From positions 22,258,001-22,322,000 of the forward strand of contig OZ076411.1 in assembly GCA_964187785.1 (NCBI GenBank): a stretch of DNA of 64,000 nucleotides, written 5' to 3'. Shown here in pieces: positions 24,780-36,959 of the stretch (within the stretch, counting starts at the first letter, position 1; every line of letters begins with the position of its first letter). A program made the position numbers and the translations under genes. The stretch comes from Amphiscolops sp. MND2022 (Eukaryota). The notes under the pieces were generated by a model. It saw only the letters and a list, made by a program, of their open reading frames with translations. It ran no database searches and had not been told where the DNA came from.

Positions 24780-25249
24780 TGTTAACCAAACTGTTTTTTT
24801 TGTCACTCTGTGGCCTTTAATCAGTTGGTTACAAAATAGGTTACGTTATAATAATGTTTTGCTACTTTTTGCATGCAATTTATTTAGCTGCATCCGAAAA
24901 GTTGGAATGTTCGGCGCGATTACCATTTAAACGATCTCACCCACCAAGTGCCATTCAGCGTTGTTCAGTTGAAGTACATATGACACTGATGGAACTTGGT
25001 GGGTGGGTGGAGCCGCTCCGCCCCTTCAGATGACCTAAACAGTTTCGGTTTCCGCTTTTATACTCAGTACACGTGTATTCGAACGGGTGCTTACTAACTG
25101 CGTGTCGTGTTAGACTTGTCCATCAGTTTTTTTGCATGTACTTTTTGCAAAGGACGCGTTACTTATGACGTCATCATCGCTGATGTGTATCCTGCGACGT
25201 CACCAGTCGTGATGTGTGTCATTGACGTCTTTGACGTTTAGTCGTTACA
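24780..25249 (-). mobile_element. Possible solo LTR of another family
   Basis: Minus strand starts TGTAACG and ends GGTTAACA, with a TATAAAA and an ATTAAA inside. No TSD and no second copy were found. Confidence 0.3.
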
Positions 25250-26165
25250 TAATCTTAGGAGTTTCTCTTGCTTGTATACTCGGCGTTTTCTGCAGTTAGT
25301 TCGCTTTTGTAGTTCATCTTTTTGTGTTGTGACGACTGTATTTTACCGTCCTAAGCTTCGAGTTTTTTTCGTTCCTAGGGAATTTTTTATTGTCAAAAAA
25401 CTCTACAAAACTTACTGAGACTACACTTACCGCTGCTTTACCCACGCAGCAAGCTCCGAAATGCACGACCAACCACACAGACACGCTTTTAACGACGCAC
25501 CCACATAGTTAACACTATGATATCTCTGGGTGGGGGAGGGGGTTTAGGTTTAACAGATGTAACCTTATCCAACCAGCTGAGGCGTGATGAAATTCAGTTG
25601 AGCGCCTTTTGAGGCTCAGTTTTGTGTTTTTTCCGTTCAATAAGTTGAAGTACCAGGAAATGTAGGACATTTCCTTCTGAGTGTTGTTGGTAGTTGACAT
25701 TACATGAATTGCATAAATTATCAGCGTGTTACCTTTCAATTACATGTGTTCAACTTTTACGGAAGTTCTTTGACGACTAGAGGTATGCGTCGTTGTGGTC
25801 AGCATTAGATTCAATCAGTGCGTTTGCATGAGTGCGGCGACTTGTAACTCTGCGCATTTCCGCACTATTGAACGAAGAACGACGCAGAGTAGCTGTCGTC
25901 ACCTAGCATGGCGGGTAACTTCGGTATCTGTTTATAAATCGAATTGTGTTGGTTAATATGTTACATGTACTTTTTTAGAAAAGTGTAGGACACTTTCATT
26001 TGCGTTTCATGTGGACGTTGACTTTTAACTGAAGGTTTTAGTTGCATGTAAGTTCATTTATGCAGGTTATTTGTAATTTGTATTCTGAAACGAGGAGAAA
26101 CCTACGCATTATCAGCCAAGGATGAAAGAAGTGATTAATCGATAAGGGTTGTGAATGTCAGACAT

Positions 26166-29100
26166 TTACCTGGTGGTGCCAGCTATAGGTTTCTGTTTTG
26201 CATTTAAAGTGTAGAACACCTGTGTAGGACTTTTACATGAACTATAGTTGGCTATTCGTCCTGCATGAGCTTTAGTAAAGCGAGTTTGACTTGGAGTTCG
26301 TGAACGAGAAATTCTCGGTAAAAATTCGGGGTCAAGTTCGGACCGGAGGTTGTATCGGGTACTGTTGTTGCGCGATGTGACTTGTGTTCTAATACTAGTG
26401 TTTGGCAGTTCAAAGTTGTCTCTTGCAGCTTCATCAGGTTCGACCTGGTATTTGTCATTTGTGTTCGTTCTGACGACTGGATCGTCAAGTGGTCGCTCGA
26501 AACTTTGATGAGCATTCTCGGGGATCGGTTGTAACTGTGTTCGGTCAGTTAACCTTTGTGCGTGTTCGTAATATACGATGCCGTGTTCAGTATCGATTTC
26601 GTCTTGTTCAACTGTTTCGGGCGTTGGTTCGAAATGAATTGTTTGAGGAAAGTGGTAATTGAAGAGATCTCGATCGTCGACTGCGTCAGGGTTTGCGAAA
26701 AAGAGATTTGAGTCTTTTTCAAGGTCCGGTATGGATGCGTTCAGAGTGAAAGGACGGAGTCTCAACCTGTGTTTGAAAAGTGCCGACTTTCCTGAATATG
26801 TAATTAAAATTGGTCAAGACTTAACTACTTTGAAAGGGCATTCCCAATTGAAGTTGGTAAACGCATTTTTGTCTGAATGAGTTTTGATTTTTGGGATTGA
26901 GAGAGAAAGTGAAGTCGTTAACATTTAAAGGTAACGCCTGGGCCTTACAGTCGTAGTACTTTTTGTACTTGTGGTAAGCTTGGAGTTTGTTGTCGTTGAC
27001 TTGCTTGTACTTCGTTCACTTGGTCAACTAGTTTCGCTGGGTCGGTTTCTGTGGACTCGCACTTCACAGGGTTGCTGAAGTTCAGGTCCAGCGCGTTAAA
27101 CGGAATCCTACCGTGAAACACTCCGCATGGTGTACACTTGGTAATTGGTGGTAGGTAGTGTTGTGTGCCATAACTGACAGGTTAACGTACTTATCCCATT
27201 GGGGAGAGTCGGCTGAAACGTTGATTTTCAGAATCTGCTTCAGTCTTTGATGGAAGCGTTCCACCATCCCTATGGTCTGAGCATGCTTTACAGTCTCGTT
27301 TTCGATATTGTTTCCGGATGTTCTCAAAAATTCGGTCATGATGTTGGCGGTGAAGGCTGTGCCTTTGTCAGTTCTGATCGTCTTCGAGATGTACGCAGTT
27401 TCATGAGAGTATTCACTACAGATGCCGGGTCTAGTTTCCGGATCGGAACAGCAAACAGGTAGCGCGAGAAGTATTCGCACGCCGTCAGGATGTGCGTATA
27501 CTCGTTTGAACTCTGTAGTTCGCCTACCAGATAGATTTCAAGTACATCTTCAGAACAGCTGTGCTGGTCATAGACTTTTTCCATAAGGGGGTTTGTCGTT
27601 TTGGGTTGACAGGTTTGGCTTTCATGCATTCGATGTAGTTTCTTACATATTTTGAAACGTGTTCACTAGGCCTCGGTATGTAATAACGCTTGCGGAGTTC
27701 TACTAACATTTTTGATGCACCAGGGTGTCCCTGCATGGGGTCGCCATGCATCGTCCTGATTATGGGCGTAGTAGTTTCTGGAGGTACTTGAATTGGTTTG
27801 AGTAGAACTCTACCAGTGCTATCAAACAAAAGTTCCTGTACAAAACTGTTAGCCACTTCAAGACGATTTTTGTTTTTCACAAGCTTTTGAAAAAAGGAAC
27901 TACCAAAGTTAGCGTGGTTTGGCAGTTGTTCGCTGTTTACCAAGACGCGAACCATTTTTTGAACGTCCTGGTTACTCAACTGATCCTGGATTATTTGTTA
28001 ATCCCCTTGCGGGCATACCTGGTTTACCGTGTAGGGGTCGTGGCGTATGGTAAACGTCGTCAGCATGATGGCAGGAGCTTCGCTTGCAAGGACCGGCTCG
28101 AGGTGAAAAATGATGATCTGGATCATTTCGACACAGTCGTCGTCATGCCGATGTTGGTTGTTCATGAGGGAATGCAGCAAAGATTGCATTTGGGTGAAGT
28201 CGTCAGCGGTTTGGATTGCACCGGGTTGTTGTTCTTCGGGGGATTCGCCGCTTCAGGTCCTTGTTGTTCAGGGCAGTAGGTTTATTCGTCATCATCATGT
28301 TCCGGGATTTTGCTGCTAAGCCGACCTCAATGTAGCGGACAGGAATCTGTTCGTTGAGTTTCAGGTGGATACTGTCTTCTGACCTCTTTGGTTGATATCA
28401 AGCCTGAACAAGTAGTCTGCAGCTGGGTTTTCGACACCTGGCACGTGGGCAAGCACGAAATCAAACTGAAGCGCTTGGTCGCAAGAGTTCCACAGTTTGG
28501 GTGGGATTCAAATTGAGTGGAAAAACGGGTTAGAACTTTTTTGTCGGTCATCACTTTCTTTACTCCCAACAATAGGTGAGCAATTTCGCCGAAAGTGAAA
28601 TGCATTGCGAGGAATTTTTTGCATACATCGTTAGTGACATCTGGCCTTCAGTCAATCTTTGCAAACCCAATGCTTTGGGTGCATACGTCTTCTTCTTGCC
28701 GTCGTTGGTTTCTGTGTAATCTGCAACGAGAAGCACGTACCCCGCTGCGGGTTCGCTTGCATCACACATGATGACGAGTTGTTAGCCGGGCAATGGTAAT
28801 CTGAGTGACAGTTTCGCAGCTCGTGCCAAATACTCATTGATGTCGAAAATCGCATCTTTGTGTACTTGCGTCAGTGCTTCAGTCTTGACATCATTGAGGG
28901 GTCACTCTGGGGACGCACTAGGGTCCTGTAACAACTGATTGATCACGTGCTCTGTCTGGAAATTTGGAGATCAGGGTCGTTTGTTCTTTCGTCATTGGTT
29001 GTAGGTTTTTGGCTTGTTTTGGAGTCAGTACTTTGAATACCGCAATTGTCGTGTTTCGAGGAATTGCAATCGTGTCCAGACGGTCCAGGTGTTGGTAATC

Positions 29101-31241
29101 TGGACATGGTTCTGTTGTTCTCGTATCTCGGACATCGATGGAGACACTAGTAACTCTGTCTTGCGTTCAAAGGGCGGGAATGCATCTACTGTGCCTGTCA
29201 CTGTGCCGATATCCTTTTCTGCCATCACGGAATCGAAGACTTGTTGTCTGGGTGAGATGGTTGTCTTCTGTGATGCCCTGAGCTCCGACATTTGAAATTG
29301 TATTTCCCGATTTGGCGGTTTCAGTAGGAGAGTAATCTCTGGGAAACTTACGATGTTGTTTGCGAGGTCCATGGTCACAGAGTGTTTTTTAAAGAAGGAC
29401 ATTCCGATCAGGATATTCCCCATTGTAGGTAGAATCATGAATCTCTTTTCGAGAATGCTTCCCCCAAAAAAAAGCGAAGAAGGACTTGTGTTTGGACAGG
29501 TACGATACTCCCATTGGTAATTTGGACTTTGAAGTCAGGGGCTGGATACGCATCGAGTCGATCGGCTGGGTGTGCTTGGAGTATCCGTCTTAGTTCGTCT
29601 TCAGACATTGCACTCTGGATTGCTCCTGTGTCGAGCAATAGTTTGAACCATAGTTCTCATACTCCCTGAATTGGAGAGGGACGCAGAGCATCATGTTTCT
29701 TCTATCGAGTTGTAGAGTGGCGCTCAATGTTCTGATGTTCACTGGTTTCTTCGCGTAATTTTTCTTGTGGTTGTCCGGCATTGCGTTAGTTGAATGATCG
29801 TCCTGGTCAACCTCTGTGTATGTCTTCGTCTCTTGTTTTGGTTTCGAATTAGTGTGGGTCTCGTTCCGGGTACAGTCATCAGTCGTACAGGTGGCGTCAT
29901 GGCCAATGAAAAGAAGGATGTGGTAGGTATTGTGAGAAACCTTTTGTACGTAGTAATTTGTAGAGGGTTTAGTCTGTTTGTCAGGATCCTGCCGACATCC
30001 TGACGTCTTGGTAGTGTGATTGTAGTGAGTTTTAGTCTATTGTTCGCACTTTCAGTCTGGTTTGGTGGCGGATGACGTGGCATTACAAGTTTTTTGAATT
30101 GGAGTCAAATTCGTCCTTGTTCTCCCCGTCGTAACAGTTGTTGTGGTCCTCAGTTTGTGTATGCTGTGTTGTTTCCTGGGTGACTTGAGACATTGTACGA
30201 CTGTCTGAAATGTTGTCGGAACTCTCGGTTTTCTGTTGTTGACATTTTTTTGTTTTGTACATTCCGGTAAGCGAAAGCACCTGGGACTCTATCTCTGCAG
30301 TCTTGGGCAGAATGTCCAACCTTCCCGCAGATCTGGCAAACACATTTCGAGTTGTATCGTAGTTTGTCGTTTTGTTGTTGTTGGGCATTGTTGTTGTCTG
30401 ATTGTGGAGGTTGATTTTCGCAGTGTTTCCCTTGGCCTTATCTCTGATGCGTTTTTGGCATTCGATCCATTTGTGACCATTATAGTTGCAATATCTACAA
30501 TTGCTCTCCAACTTTCGCTATACTTCTTTGCATGTGTTCGGCGTGCCGTGTTATTGCTAGCAGGGACTTGTTGGTTCCCTTGTTATCTTGCACGGTAGTT
30601 CTGGATCTGGTTTAAGGGTTGAATGCCAGATGTGCCGGGTAATAGCTGAGCGTATTGGCAATGTCGTTGCACAAACGTCTTGATTTCCTCTATGGTTGCG
30701 TCGTGTTTGCCTGCCATGACCAATTCATTTTGTATCCGGATTGGTAATTTGGCAAACAAAAATGTCTCGGCTAAGACCTTGGATTATCTCCGTACGTCTG
30801 TTTTGCAAGCTTCTTGTACTTTGTGAGAAAGTCGGCAAACAACTCCGTTGTGGGGTCATACCTCATTTGACCGAATTTGTACTTCGACACCTCTTTGAGG
30901 TATTCTTTTGCATACTCTTTGTTAAATGTTTGTAGGACGTCCCGGAGTGTTGTTTCGGTTGTGATTTTCAGTGTTTGCCAGAATTCTACAGCGTCATCCC
31001 TGAGCAGACTTTGAAAATAGTTGAGTTTCTGCTTTTATGTCAGCTTATGCATGTGTGGGCGAAGATGAATTTTGAGTATGTGTTCGAATTCATTGTATTT
31101 CTCTCTGTTTCCACGGAAGAGAGGGACTTGAGAGAGGACAATACGTCCCCTTGTCTGGTGTACTGCAGGGGCTGAGGGGAGTTCTGCGGGGTGGGTGTAA
31201 ATTTGGAGTCGGGATTGAGTTCGCCCAGACTCCAGTCACCA
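26166..31241 (-). mobile_element. Ty3/Gypsy internal region, degraded: gag (2 CCHC), protease, RNase H, integrase; RT core deleted
   Basis: Knuckles CRYCNYNGHKWIEC and (shifted frame) CQICGKVGHSAQDC; protease LLDTGAIQS; RNase H CDASEPAAGYVLL..YAK..VMTDKK; integrase HGDPMQGHPG..C, ILTACEYFSRY, IRTDKGTAF, GMVERFHQRLK; post-IN VHRMRLRPF region. Confidence 0.9.
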
Positions 31242-31875
31242 TGTCAGAACGCATTGACGTCCCGAAGTTGTGGACGTTTTGGTCGTTCTCTTCCCTACTG
31301 TTCGTCACTTTCTAAGTAAGGTTTCTAACCATGCTCGTTAATTCGCCAATCTGCTTGTTCATTTCAAAAAACCTTTGTTCTATTCTGAGTCTTTCATGAT
31401 CTATCTGTTGAGATCTCATGGTCTCTTCATTATTCTCAATGAAATATCTCCCTGAGTAATGATCAGCAACACTAATATCGTCTTCATCATCAACAAATCC
31501 ATCCACGATTAGTTGTTCGTTTGGAATTTTCCTATTAAACTGGGATCTAGTATTAACCATGTTGAAAAGGGGAATGGTTCGTTTTTTACGTTGGATTGAA
31601 TTTAGGTTTAATGGTAGGAATGTATGTTTTGCGAAGATGAAGGTAGAGAACGAATTTTTTAGTGAAGGTGAACAGCACGTTTGAATTTCGCGATAACAAT
31701 TGGTGAACTGGTTAATTTCTATTTTGCAATAGCAATTTCATAAACTTCAGTCACGCGTTAGCAACGCCTAATTGAGTGCGTCTATTTGTTCGGAATTACT
31801 TCATGGTTCGTTAGACGACTGGTTACTTCGGTCGTCGCTATTCCTCATCGCAGCACTTTTGCACATGTTATCACA
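31242..31875 (-). mobile_element. 5' LTR of the Gypsy element, carrying the MVNTRSQ ORF; PBS TGGTGAC at 31235-31241
   Basis: The 3' end is defined by homology with 13919 (..TTCTGACA) followed by TGGTGACTGG. The 5' end (TGTGATAAC at 31875) is tentative. Confidence 0.7.
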
Positions 31876-32117
31876 ATACTTTAAGTCACTAAATTTTCAC
31901 TTTTTAGCACCGACTAAATTACGACTAAAGGTTATGGTGGTGGTTACAGCTACAAAACATTTACATAATACAAATCGATGCACCAATTGTTGATGTTGAC
32001 TGAATCCTTTGGTCAATGACGTGGACTTCTCTAAACGTACTAATCGGCACACTAAATATCGATGGTTATTGCTAATAAACGGAAAAATGAATATCACAAG
32101 TACTAATCGATGTTCTG

Positions 32118-32604
32118 TTTTTGTCTGCGCTTTTCTAGTGAAAAGTGCCCGACACTTACAGTGGCCAGTTTTTTTTCGTCAGACTACAATCTCACTCTGA
32201 TTGGGCCACTTTTCTTACAATCGAAACTACTAAAACTACTAGCATAAGGCCAAGTCCGGTCAGCGGAAATTAGTGCAAAAGGCCCCCCTTCATATTTTAC
32301 TATTTTACCGTAGCCTACAAAACCGGACGAGACTAAAGGGTCCCTCTTTTCAATTTTTTTTCGGCATTGTGCGACTTTTTTTCAAAATTTTTTTTATGTA
32401 TCAAAAGAGTCCCCCTTTCGAGTTTTTTGATATTTTGCAACAGCATATATGTTGATGAAGCCCAAAGGGTCCCCCCTTTTACATTTTTCGGCACCATGCC
32501 ACTATTTCTGAAAGAAAAAATATTCAAAATATTTTTTGAAAAAAATTTTTTTGCGCTTCTTGAGCCTTAGATATAGCGCCGACTTTAGACGTTCCCGTCT
32601 TGTT
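32118..32604 (+). mobile_element. Helentron/DINE-1-like non-autonomous element
   Basis: 5' gcgcttttctagtgaaaagtgcccgac hairpin, tacaaaaccggacgagactaaaggg, internal aaagggtccccc repeats, and 3' agcgccgactttagacgttcccgtcttgtt. Confidence 0.62.
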
Positions 32605-33254
32605 CATGTATCATATATTGAACTGCATGCAAAGTGTTTGGTAAAGTGATGACTGTATAAGCCGGTCGTTCTTTTGATTAATCTAACTTATAAAATGTTA
32701 GTTCGTATTGAACTGAAATTAAATTCCTTGACGACCAGGAAGCGTCGTCGTTTAATTCTATCATGCTATCTGGCATGACACTGATTGACCAGCTTTTCGT
32801 AAATTTCGGATTACTCGTGTTTTTCAGAACGAGCAACGTTTCCAAATAAAGAAAATGGGAATGCATTGGCGCATAGAACGTTTTTGTAAATTGGGATTGT
32901 TGAAACCAAATTGAATTTTACTGAACGGTGCAGAACAGATAGCAGAGTATGTCCAAATGTCGGTCCTTGAATACTGATAATACTTGACATGTAGCAGGTA
33001 TACAATGCAGTGCTAAACGAAGCACCTGAGAATGCTGAAGTTTTTATAACACATTGGAGTTTAATATCACAGTAGAAAATGTTAGGACGACGGTCAAAAA
33101 TATCTCGCGATTTTTTAAAAAAAGCGAAGGAACACTGGAAAAGATCGAATCAAAGATAGAGACGCTTTTGTGAGTGTCAGGGTCAAAAAATTGATTGTTA
33201 CCTAGTTCAACAACTGATTCCGCAAAAAAACCCTATGAGGGATTTTTAGAAGAG

Positions 33255-36200
33255 TGTGATAATCCTCCTCCTCAGAATCCTCATTTGAAAGGATTGTTTC
33301 GTCTAAGTTTGGTATGTTATGGTAGACTGGTCCAGCAGGATTCTTATGTTCATGCATGTCTGAGACCCTTAGGGGATAATCATCTTGATCTTTTGAATCT
33401 GAGTTTTCGTTATTTGATGCAAGAACTAATATAGACCGTTCATTTTCGAATCCCGAAGCTCTTGCAAAATGCATTTCATCTGACTGCTATTTCTGCCATT
33501 TTCGAACTTTGCTTGAGAGGAAAATGTTTTTGTTGTGTCAGGAACGAATTTGAATTAGTTACCTGAGGTTGGGAAATCAATTTTGTTTTTGAAACAAATG
33601 AACAGAGAAAACTGCTTTCACATTGATTGGGTTGAAAAAATAGCTAACTCCTCTCGGTGAAAGTTATTTTTGTTGTGTCTTTAATTTCCAGCTTTTTTCC
33701 TAAAAACTTATCAAAGCATGGCACCCATAACTATACTTGTCATCATTAACAAAAGAATAAATAACCTGACATCAAGTGACTTAGTTCTATTGATGACCCA
33801 AATATGTATATTACATGACATCCAACTTTCAAATGATAGGAAAAGGCTTAAAACCCTGGAAAACAGCAACATGACGTGCATACGTCACTAAAAATCCGCA
33901 TAACAACGTATAAACACTACAAGAAATGGAGTATAGCGTTCGTTGTGTGATCAAAAAAGAATGTTTCCGCATGATGACGTATATACATATTGTATTTTCC
34001 GCATAGTACCGCATAATGAAGATTAGGAATATGTGTACTGCAGCTTATGCGACACTATGATTTCCGCATAGTGACTCATAATGAAAATACGAAGTCCGCA
34101 TATTGACGTATTTACGCCACTATGTATTCCGTCTACTGCCGCATGTGTGGTGGTGATAATGCGCATACTGTCGTATATGCAGGGATGAAGTTCCCCGTAC
34201 TACCGCATGTGTGGTGGTGATATTCAGCATACTGTTGTATTTGCAGTGATGATATTCTGCATGCTCCTGCATAATCAGTCATAGTTTTCCGAATTTTAGC
34301 ATAAATTGAGCTCTCAAAAACTACGTGAACACGTATTGTGAGTCATATTAGTAGAAAAGAATGAATGAAATTTACGCTTGTGATACTCCAAATGTATAAC
34401 ACTTTCAAACGGAACCCAAGTTACAAATCAAATTAGCAAATATGAAGTTACATGGTTAAAATAAAAAGCTGGGGATTACTTCATAGTCCTTTTTGACCTT
34501 CAGAAAAATCATAATTTTCTGAGAGTCGGATTTGGCAGTTCTAGCTTACTTCAGAATAGCCCAATGCACCAGTACAACAGTGGGGTTGTGACAGGCCCGC
34601 ACTTTTAAAGGAAAACAGAACTGCCTAGATTACGTCGCAAAATGTTCTGGACCTTACATTCTTGTCCCTGATTGTTTTCCCGTCGTAGGCAGTTCAGATG
34701 AGATATTTGCCCCGGTACTTCCATTCTAGTACAGGGGTCCAGCACTTGAAAGGTGCGTGATCAGTTCAGTTCCTTTTGATTCTGGATTGCATTATAGTAT
34801 TGAAGAAAATTAAAATTAGAATGAGGTTTCTTCAATCCTGAGGAAATCCGACAGCGCTTGCATGTCAAGGAGAAATTTATTTTCTTGTCTACCAATCATC
34901 GACAAGGAAGTAACCTGACTTCACTTGACTTTCGTTTAGGTCATTTCCAATTTTGACAAATTTCTGTCATAAATTTTTCAATCACCGGTTTTTTGAAGTG
35001 GTTCGTTTTATGACTAGTCATTGATTGTAATTCTAAGCTGGCCAGGCTAGCATTGGATATGTCCCATTTTAATTCAGACAACATCCGGTTTTCATTTAGA
35101 GTATTTCCATATTTCCGAATTTCGTTTGAAGCATTTTGCAACACTTCGGGGTTCTAGTGGGAGAACCTTCCAATACTTGCGGTATGAAGTAGGTTCATGC
35201 TTCCGGATTTCATTTGAAGCATTTCTCAATGCTTCAGGATTCTTGAGGAAGCACTTTCGATACTTGCGGTATGAAGTACGTTCATGCTTGTGACTTTCAT
35301 TCGTCATTTTTGTTTTTGCACAAGAAATGAACGAAATTTTGTTTAGGTTGAAATCGAGGTTGCTCAAAAAATCGCCGGGACTATCGCCCACTAGAAGATG
35401 TGTTCATTCTCTGACGTGCCAGCCACTACAGTTTTTTGCCAATATCCATAACTTATTGAGTCCCTCAGTACTGCTTAATTTATTGCATCAATACTCAACG
35501 AGAGAAGTCAGAGAAGTTCAATTTGTGTCAGTTGTTTTTCAAACTGTATACGTTTGCGTTGTATGGGTAAGGATTGGAGCAAAAGTTGTAATTTCTAGCA
35601 TTTATTCGATACCGTCTTGTTGCGTTCTTATTGTGATGAGGTATTTTAGAGCTTTCCGGGTCGTTTTTTGTTTTTGCGGTTTTCTCTTCTTGTCCTAATG
35701 AGTTTTTGGTATAACTAAGTCACCATCATCTGTTTGTTGGTTTTTTCATTAAAGTTTTTCCTTTTGGGTTCGGTGGGTTGTTCCACTGGGCTCCCCCGCT
35801 GTTTTTCGAACTGACGAAGGAGGGAGGGTTTCTGTTTTTGGATGAATATATAATGGTTGAGAGTTCTTGTTGTCCAGTTTCTTTATTACTATTGCGATTT
35901 GGTTATTTGAGTCAAGCTGTTTAGTTGATGAGTTTCGGCTTGCGCGGGATCCTGCCCTGTGGTCTAAATTTTGGGGATTTTGCGAAAGTCGTCTATGGAG
36001 TTGTCGGTTGGCTCCTGTCACCATGTGATAATCCTGAGTGATAAATCCTCCTCAGAGTCCTCAATTGAAACGATTGTTTCGTCTAAGTTTGGTATGTTAT
36101 GGTGAACTGGTCTAGCAGGATTCCTAAGTTCATGCATTTCTGAGGCCCATCTGCTGAATCTGAGTTTTCGTTATTTGATGCGTGAACTATAGACCGTTCA

Positions 36201-36955
36201 TTTTTGGATCCCGAAGCTCTTGCATTTTGCATTTCATCTGACTGCTGTTTCTGCCATTTTCGAACTTTGCTTGAGAGGAAAATGTTTTTGTTGTGTCAGG
36301 AAAGAATTTGAATTAGTTACCTGAAGTTGGGAAATCAATTTTGTTATTGAACAAATGAACAGAGAAAACTGCTTTCACAGTGATTGGGTTGAAAAGATAG
36401 CTAACTCCTCTCAGTGAAAGTTATTTTTGTTGTGTCTTCGATTTCCAGCTTTTTTCCTAAAAACCTATCAAAGCATGGCACCCATAACTCTACTTGTCAT
36501 CATTAACAAAAGAATAAATAACCTGACATCAAGTTACTTAGTTCTATTGATGACCCAAATATGTATATTACATCACATCCAACTTTCAAATGATAGGAAA
36601 AGGCTTAAAACCCTGGAAAACAGCAACATGACGTGCATACGTCACTAAAAATCCGCATAACAACGTATAAACACTACAAGAAATGGAGTATAGCGTTCGT
36701 TGTGTGATCAAAAAAGAATGTTTCCGCATGATGACGTATATACATATTGTATTTTCCGCATAGTACTGCATAATGAAGATTAGGAATATGTATACTGCAG
36801 CATATGCGACACTATGATTCCGCATAGTGACGCATAATGAAAATACAAATTCCGCATTTTGACGTATTTACGTCACTATGTGTATCGCCTACTGCCGCAT
36901 GTTTGGTGGTGAAATTCCGCATACTGACGTATATGCAGTGATGAATTTCCGCGTT
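33255..36955 (-). mobile_element. Internally deleted (non-autonomous) LTR retrotransposon: LTRs ~36024-36950 and ~33255-34200, PBS TGGTGAC at 36017-36023
   Basis: Two direct repeats of ~0.9 kb, roughly 90% identical, both ending ...GGATTATCACA. The PBS follows only the right-hand copy. The ~1.8-kb interior has a gag-like start (MVTGANRQL...) but no intact PR/RT/RH/IN motifs. The outer end of the right LTR is cut by the adjacent Gypsy pol fragment. Confidence 0.78.
35090..35300. repeat. Short tandem duplication inside the deleted LTR element
   Basis: atacttgcggtatgaagta(g/c)gttcatgctt occurs twice and atttc(g/a)tttgaagcatt twice, with a period of about 100 bp. Confidence 0.6.
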
Positions 36956-36959
36956 ATAA

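Noticed and set aside
13919-31875. Calling the two MVNTRSQ LTRs the paired ends of a single element
   Set aside because: Plausible but unproven: no matching TSD was found and the sequences upstream of the ATG do not align.
32700-33250. Possible hAT transposase relic next to the LTR
   Set aside because: Only vague similarity; no diagnostic motif can be read.
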